From the NCBI GenBank assembly GCA_964057225.1, contig OZ059895.1, forward strand, positions 2,418,001 to 2,482,000: DNA of 64,000 nucleotides, given 5' to 3'. The position numbers and the translations under genes were made by a program. Positions 56,701-64,000 of this stretch are shown here, one piece after another. The stretch is from Auanema rhodensis. Taxonomy: Eukaryota; Animalia; Nematoda. How positions within the stretch are numbered: the stretch's first letter is position 1; every line of letters starts with the position of its first letter. The notes under the pieces were generated by a model. The model did no database searches. It saw nothing but the letters and a program-made list of their open reading frames with translations, and was not told where the DNA came from.

Positions 56701-57499
56701 GTATTAAGCGTTTCTCAATGTAGTATAGTGCATTCGATGCAGATTTTTAAGCTGCGTCGATCTGTGTTATCAGATTTGCGCTAGCTTAAAAATGCACCGA
56801 GATATCAACTGATATAAGTTCACACTTATATCCTCGATTTTCACCCTGAAGAATTAATTTTTTCGTTGAATAGCATTGTCCATCGTCTTTGCCTTGAAAA
56901 AAGGAATCTAAAAACATCTACTTTTTGCTAAATTATTCTGAAATTTTTCGAAAAAATTTTTGTCAAAATGTTTTTGGAAGCAATGTTGAGTGTACATGGA
57001 AACTCAACATACACTAATGCATCATTTTTCAAACGATCATAACTAATTTTTGTATTAAGCGTTTCTCAATGTAGTATAGTGCATTCGATGCGGATTTTTA
57101 AGCTGCGTCGATCTGTGTTATCAGATTTGCGCTAGCTTAAAAATGCACCGAGATATCAACTGATATAAGTTCACACTTATATCCTCGATTTTCACCCTGA
57201 AGAATTAATTTTTTCGTTGAATAGCATTGTCCATCGTCTTTGCCTTGAAAAAAGAAATCTAAAAACATCTACTTTTTGCTAAATTATTCTGAAATTTTTC
57301 GAAAAAATTTTTGTCAAAATGTTTTTGGAAGCAATGTTGAGTGTACATGGAAACTCAACATACACTAATGCATCATTTTTCAAACGATCATAACTAATTT
57401 TTGTATCAAGCGTTTCTCAATGTAGTATAGTGCATTCGATGCGGATTTTTAAGCTGCGTCGATCTGTGTTATCAGATTTGCGCTAGCTTAAAAATGCAC

Positions 57500-60400
57500 C
57501 GAGATATCAACTGATATAAGTTCACACATATATCCTCGATTTTCACCCTGAAGAATTAATTTTTTCGTTGAATAACATTGTCCATCGTCTTTGCCTTGAA
57601 AAATGGAATCTAAAAACATCTACTTTTTGCCAAATTATTTTGAAATTTTTCGAAAAAATTTTTGTCAAAATGTTTTTGGAAGCAATGTTGAGTGTACATG
57701 GAAACTCAACATACACTAATGCATCATTTTTCAAACGATCATAACTAATTTTTGTATCAAACGTTTCTCAATGTAGTATAGTGCATTCGATGCGGATTTT
57801 TAAGCTGCGTCGATCTGTGTTATCAGATTTGCGCTAGCTTAAAAATGCACCGAGATATCAACTGATATAAGTTCACACTTATATCCTCGATTTTCACCCT
57901 GAAGAATTAATTTTTTCGTTGAATAACATTGTCCATCGTCTTTGCCTTGAAAGAAGGAATCTAAAAACATCTACTTTTTGCTAAATTATTTTGAAATGTT
58001 TGGAAAAAATTTTTGTCAAAATGTTTTTGGAAGCAATGTTGAGTGTACATGGAAACTCAACATACACTAATGCATCATTTTTCAAACGATCATAACTAAT
58101 TTTTGTATCAAGCGTTTCTCAATGTAGTATAGTGCATTCGATGCGAATTTTTAAGCTGCGTCGATCTGTGTTATCAGATTTGCGCTAGCTTAAAAATGCA
58201 CCGAGATATCAACTGATATAAGTTCACACTTATATCCTCGATTTTCACCCTGAAGAATTAATTTTTTCGTTGAATAACATTGTCCATCGTCTTTGCCTTG
58301 AAAAAAGGAATCTAAAAACATCTACTTTTTGCTAAATTATTTTGAAATTTTTCGAAAAAATTTTTGTCAAAATGTTTTTGGAAGCAATGTTGAGTGTACA
58401 TGGAAACTCAACATACACTAATGCATCATTTTTCAAACGATCATAACTAATTTTTGTATCAAGCGTTTCTCAATGTAGTATAGTGCATTCGATGCGGATT
58501 TTTAAGCTGCGTCGATCTGTGTTATCAGATTTGCGCTAGCTTAAAAATGCACCGAGATATCAACTGATATAAGTTCACACATATATCCTCGATTTTCACC
58601 CTGAAGAATTAATTTTTTCGTTGAATAACATTGTCCATCGTCTTTGCCTTGAAAAATGGAATCTAAAAACATCTACTTTTTGCTAAATTATCTTGAAATT
58701 TTTCGAAAAAATTTTTGTCAAAATGTTTTTGGAAGCAATGTTGAGTGTACATGGAAACTCAACATACACTAATGCATCATTTTTCAAACGATCATAACTA
58801 ATTTTTTTATCAAACGTTTCTCAATGTAGTATAGTGCATTCGATGCGGATTTTTAAGCTGCGTCGATCTGTGTTATCAGATTTGCGCTAGCTTAAAAATG
58901 CACCGAGATATCAACTGATATAAGTTCACACTTATATCCTCGATTTTCACCCTGAAGAATTAATTTTTTCGTTGAATAACATTGTCCATCGTCTTTGCCT
59001 TGAAAAAAGGAATCTAAAAACATCTACTTTTTGCTAAATTATTTTGAAATGTTTGGAAAAAATTTTTGTCAAAATGTTTTTGGAAGCAATGTTGAGTGTA
59101 CATGGAAACTCAACATACACTAATGCATCATTTTTCAAACGATCATAACTAATTTTTGTATTAAGCGTTTCTCAATGTAGTATAGTGCATTCGATGCGAA
59201 TTTTTAAGCTGCGTCGATCTGTGTTATCAGATTTGCGCTAGCTTAAAAATGCACCGAGATATCAACTGATATAAGTTCACACTTATATCCTCGATTTTCA
59301 CCCTGAAGAATTAATTTTTTCGTTGAATAACATTGTCCATCGTCTTTGCCTTGAAAAAAGGAATCTAAAAACATCTACTTTTTGCTAAATTATTTTGAAA
59401 TTTTTGGAAAAAATTTTTGTCAAAATGTTTTTGGAAGCAATGTTGAGTGTACATGGAAACTCAACATACACTAATGCATCATTTTTCAAACGATCATAAC
59501 TAATTTTTGTATTAAGCGTTTCTCAATGTAGTATAGTGCATTCGATGCGAATTTTTAAGCTGCGTCGATCTGTGTTATCAGATTTGCGCTAGCTTAAAAA
59601 TGCACCGAGATATCAACTGATATAAGTTCACACTTATATCCTCGATTTTCACCCTGAAGAATTAATTTTTTCGTTGAATAACATTGTCCATCGTCTTTGC
59701 CTTGAAAAAAGGAATCTAAAAACATCTACTTTTTGCTAAATTATTTTGAAATTTTTGGAAAAAATTTTTGTCAAAATGTTTTTGGAAGCAATGTTGAGTG
59801 TACATGGAAACTCAACATACACTAATGCATCATTTTTCAAACGATCACAACTAATTTTTGTATCAAGCGTTTCTCAATGTAGTATAGTGCATTCGATGCG
59901 GATTTTTAAGCTGCGTCGATCTGTGTTATCAGATTTGCGCTAGCTTAAAAATGCACCGAGATATCAACTGATATAAGTTCACACATATATCCTCGATTTT
60001 CACCCTGAAGAATTAATTTTTTCGTTGAATAACATTGTCCATCGTCTTTGCCTTAAAAAATGGAATCTAAAAACATCTACTTTTTGCTAAATTATCTTGA
60101 AATTTTTCGAAAAAATTTTTGTCAAAATGTTTTTGGAAGCAATGTTGAGTGTACATGGAAACTCAACATACACTAATGCATCATTTTTCAAACGATCATA
60201 ACTAATTTTTGTATCAAGCGTTTCTCAATGTAGTATAGTGCATTCGATGCGGATTTTTAAGCTGCGTCGATCTGTGTTATCAGATTTGCGCTAGCTTAAA
60301 AATGCACCGAGATATCAACTGATATAAGTTCACACATATATCCTCGATTTTCACCCTGAAGAATTAATTTTTTCGTTGAATAACATTGTCCATCGTCTTT

Positions 60401-63400
60401 GCCTTGAAAAATGGAATCTAAAAACATCTACTTTTTGCTAAATTATTTTGAAATTTTTCGAAAAAATTTTTGTCAAAATGTTTTTGGAAGCAATGTTGAG
60501 TGTACATGGAAACTCAACATACACTAATGCATCATTTTTCAAACGATCATAACTAATTTTTGTATCAAACGTTTCTCAATGTAGTATAGTGCATTCGATG
60601 CGGATTTTTAAGCTGCGTCGATCTGTGTTATCAGATTTGCGCTAGCTTAAAAATGCACCGAGATATCAACTGATATAAGTTCACACTTATATCCTCGATT
60701 TTCACCCTGAAGAATTAATTTTTTCGTTGAATAACATTGTCCATCGTCTTTGCCTTGAAAAAAGGAATCTAAAAACATCTACTTTTTGCTAAATTATTTT
60801 GAAATGTTTGGAAAAAATTTTTGTCAAAATGTTTTTGGAAGCAATGTTGAGTGTACATGGAAACTCAACATACACTAATGCATCATTTTTCAAACGATCA
60901 TAACTAATTTTTGTATTAAGCGTTTCTCAATGTAGTATAGTGCATTCGATGCGAATTTTTAAGCTGCGTCGATCTGTGTTATCAGATTTGCGCTAGCTTA
61001 AAAATGCACCGAGATATCAACTGATATAAGTTCACACTTATATCCTCGATTTTCACCCTGAAGAATTAATTTTTTCGTTGAATAACATTGTCCATCGTCT
61101 TTGCCTTGAAAAAAGGAATCTAAAAACATCTACTTTTTGCTAAATTATTTTGAAATTTTTGGAAAAAATTTTTGTCAAAATGTTTTTGGAAGCAATGTTG
61201 AGTGTACATGGAAACTCAACATACACTAATGCATCATTTTTCAAACGATCATAACTAATTTTTGTATCAAGCGTTTCTCAATGTAGTATAGTGCATTCGA
61301 TGCGGATTTTTAAGCTGCGTCGATCTGTGTTATCAGATTTGCGCTAGCTTAAAAATGCACCGAGATATCAACTGATATAAGTTCACACTTATATCCTCGA
61401 TTTTCACCCTGAAGAATTAATTTTTTCGTTGAATAACATTGTCCATTGTCTTTGCCTTGAAAAATGGAATCTAAAAACATCTACTTTTTGCTAAATTATC
61501 TTGAAATTTTTCGAAAAAATTTTTGTCAAAATGTTTTTGGAAGCAATGTTGAGTGTACATGGAAACTCAACATACACTAATGCATCATTTTTCAAACGAT
61601 CATAACTAATTTTTGTATCAAACGTTTCTTAATGTAGTATAGTGCATTCGATGCGGATTTTTAAGCTGCGTCGATCTGTGTTATCAGATTTGCGCTAGCT
61701 TAAAAATGCACCGAGATATCAACTGATATAAGTTCACACTTATATCCTCGATTTTCACCCTGAAGAATTAATTTTTTCGTTGAATAACATTGTCCATCGT
61801 CTTTGCCTTGAAAAATGGAATCTAAAAACATCTACTTTTTGCTAAATTATCTTGAAATTTTTCGAAAAAATTTTTGTCAAAATGTTTTTGGAAGCAATGT
61901 TGAGTGTACATGGAAACTCAACATACACTAATGCATCATTTTTCAAACGATCATAACTAATTTTTGTATCAAACGTTTCTCAATGTAGTATAGTGCATTC
62001 GATGCGGATTTTTAAGCTGCGTCGATCTGTGTTATCAGATTTGCGCTAGCTTAAAAATGCACCGAGATATCAACTGATATAAGTTCACACTTATATCCTC
62101 GATTTTCACCCTGAAGAATTAATTTTTTCGTTGAATAACATTGTCCATCGTCTTTGCCTTGAAAAAAGGAATCTAAAAACATCTACTTTTTGCTAAATTA
62201 TTTTGAAATGTTTGGAAAAAATTTTTGTCAAAATGTTTTTGGAAGCAATGTTGAGTGTACATGGAAACTCAACATACACTAATGCATCATTTTTCAAACG
62301 ATCATAACTAATTTTTGTATTAAGCGTTTCTCAATGTAGTATAGTGCATTCGATGCGAATTTTTAAGCTGCGTCGATCTGTGTTATCAGATTTGCGCTAG
62401 CTTAAAAATGCACCGAGATATCAACTGATATAAGTTCACACTTATATCCTCGATTTTCACCCTGAAGAATTAATTTTTTCGTTGAATAACATTGTCCATC
62501 GTCTTTGCCTTGAAAAAAGGAATCTAAAAACATCTACTTTTTGCTAAATTATTTTGAAATTTTTGGAAAAAATTTTTGTCAAGATGTTTTTGGAAGCAAT
62601 GTTGAGTGTACATGGAAACTCAACATACACTAATGCATCATTTTTCAAACGATCATAACTAATTTTTGTATTAAGCGTTTCTCAATGTAGTATAGTGCAT
62701 TCGATGCGAATTTTTAAGCTGCGTCGATCTGTGTTATCAGATTTGCGCTAGCTTAAAAATGCACCGAGATATCAACTGATATAAGTTCACACTTATATCC
62801 TCGATTTTCACCCTGAAGAATTAATTTTTTCGTTGAATAACATTGTCCATCGTCTTTGCCTTGAAAAAAGGAATCTAAAAACATCTACTTTTTGCTAAAT
62901 TATTTTGAAATTTTTGGAAAAAATTTTTGTCAAAATGTTTTTGGAAGCAATGTTGAGTGTACATGGAAACTCAACATACACTAATGCATCATTTTTCAAA
63001 CGATCATAACTAATTTTTGTATCAAGCGTTTCTCAATGTAGTATAGTGCATTCGATGCGGATTTTTAAGCTGCGTCGATCTGTGTTATCAGATTTGCGCT
63101 AGCTTAAAAATGCACCGAGATATCAACTGATATAAGTTCACACTTATATCCTCGATTTTCACCCTGAAGAATTAATTTTTTCGTTGAATAACATTGTCCA
63201 TCGTCTTTGCCTTGAAAAATGGAATCTAAAAACATCTACTTTTTGCTAAATTATCTTGAAATTTTTCGAAAAAATTTTTGTCAAAATGTTTTTGGAAGCA
63301 ATGTTGAGTGTACATGGAAACTCAACATACACTAATGCATCATTTTTCAAACGATCATAACTAATTTTTGTATCAAACGTTTCTCAATGTAGTATAGTGC

Positions 63401-64000
63401 ATTCGATGCGGATTTTTAAGCTGCGTCGATCTGTGTTATCAGATTTGCGCTAGCTTAAAAATGCACCGAGATATCAACTGATATAAGTTCACACTTATAT
63501 CCTCGATTTTCACCCTGAAGAATTAATTTTTTCGTTGAATAACATTGTCCATCGTCTTTGCCTTGAAAAAAGGAATCTAAAAACATCTACTTTTTGCTAA
63601 ATTATTTTGAAATGTTTGGAAAAAATTTTTGTCAAAATGTTTTTGGAAGCAATGTTGAGTGTACATGGAAACTCAACATACACTAATGCATCATTTTTCA
63701 AACGATCATAACTAATTTTTGTATTAAGCGTTTCTCAATGTAGTATAGTGCATTCGATGCGAATTTTTAAGCTGCGTCGATCTGTGTTATCAGATTTGCG
63801 CTAGCTTAAAAATGCACCGAGATATCAACTGATATAAGTTCACACTTATATCCTCGATTTTCACCCTGAAGAATTAATTTTTTCGTTGAATAACATTGTC
63901 CATCGTCTTTGCCTTGAAAAAAGGAATCTAAAAACATCTACTTTTTGCTAAATTATTTTGAAATTTTTGGAAAAAATTTTTGTCAAGATGTTTTTGGAAG
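57500..64000. repeat. Return of subfamily domain A (P-Q-R-S 4-mer type)
   Basis: C75, G83, A315 and G105 reappear. PQRS occurs at 61777-63180 and PQR(partial) at 63181-64000. Confidence 0.85.

Larger units (their letters stand above)
1..64000. repeat. Tandem satellite DNA array, 351-bp monomer, ~182.3 copies, head-to-tail, running off both window edges
   Basis: TCGTTGAATAACATTG starts at 1, 352, 703 and so on. The same phase recurs exactly every 7020 bp (20 monomers) at 7021, 14041, 21061, 28081, 35101, 42121, 49141, 56161 and 63181. Copies differ by only a few substitutions. Monomer 1 has 111/351 G+C. Confidence 0.99.

Noticed and set aside
57543-57734. 63-aa minus-strand ORF
   Set aside because: It arises from a singleton T67C substitution removing a stop in one monomer, and it begins at a non-ATG codon.
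59746-59943. 65-aa plus-strand ORF, and the idea that the 351-bp (117-codon) unit encodes a repeat protein
   Set aside because: It arises from a singleton TAA>CAA change with a TTG start. This frame has four stops in the consensus monomer (67, 178, 271, 304), so no continuous repeat protein is possible.
1-64000. CRISPR array or other repeat-spacer system
   Set aside because: There are no unique spacers. The entire 351 bp is repeated, and no cas or other genes are present.

Overview
The whole 64-kb window is one uninterrupted head-to-tail array of a 351-bp AT-rich satellite monomer. Monomer 1 is about 32% GC by hand count. There are 182 complete copies plus 118 bp, all on the same strand. I found no genes, RNA genes, transposon insertions, CRISPR spacers or unique sequence. 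The eight ORF-track entries are chance stop-codon losses in individual monomers. Monomers differ only by a few substitutions, and the 351-bp register never shifts. The informative structure is at two scales. (i) Within the monomer there are several inverted repeats (a ~67-nt imperfect hairpin and two 9-bp-stem hairpins) and an A/T-tract-rich segment. (ii) Across the array, diagnostic SNPs define sequential subfamily domains with local higher-order repeats (2-, 3-, 4-, 5- and 6-mer blocks), ordered A-B-C-(B)-D-E-(B)-A, so the end of the window returns to the subfamily seen at the start. This looks like eukaryotic centromeric or pericentromeric satellite DNA. I could not assign it to a named family or species. 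Monomer position p in copy n is window coordinate 351*(n-1)+p.
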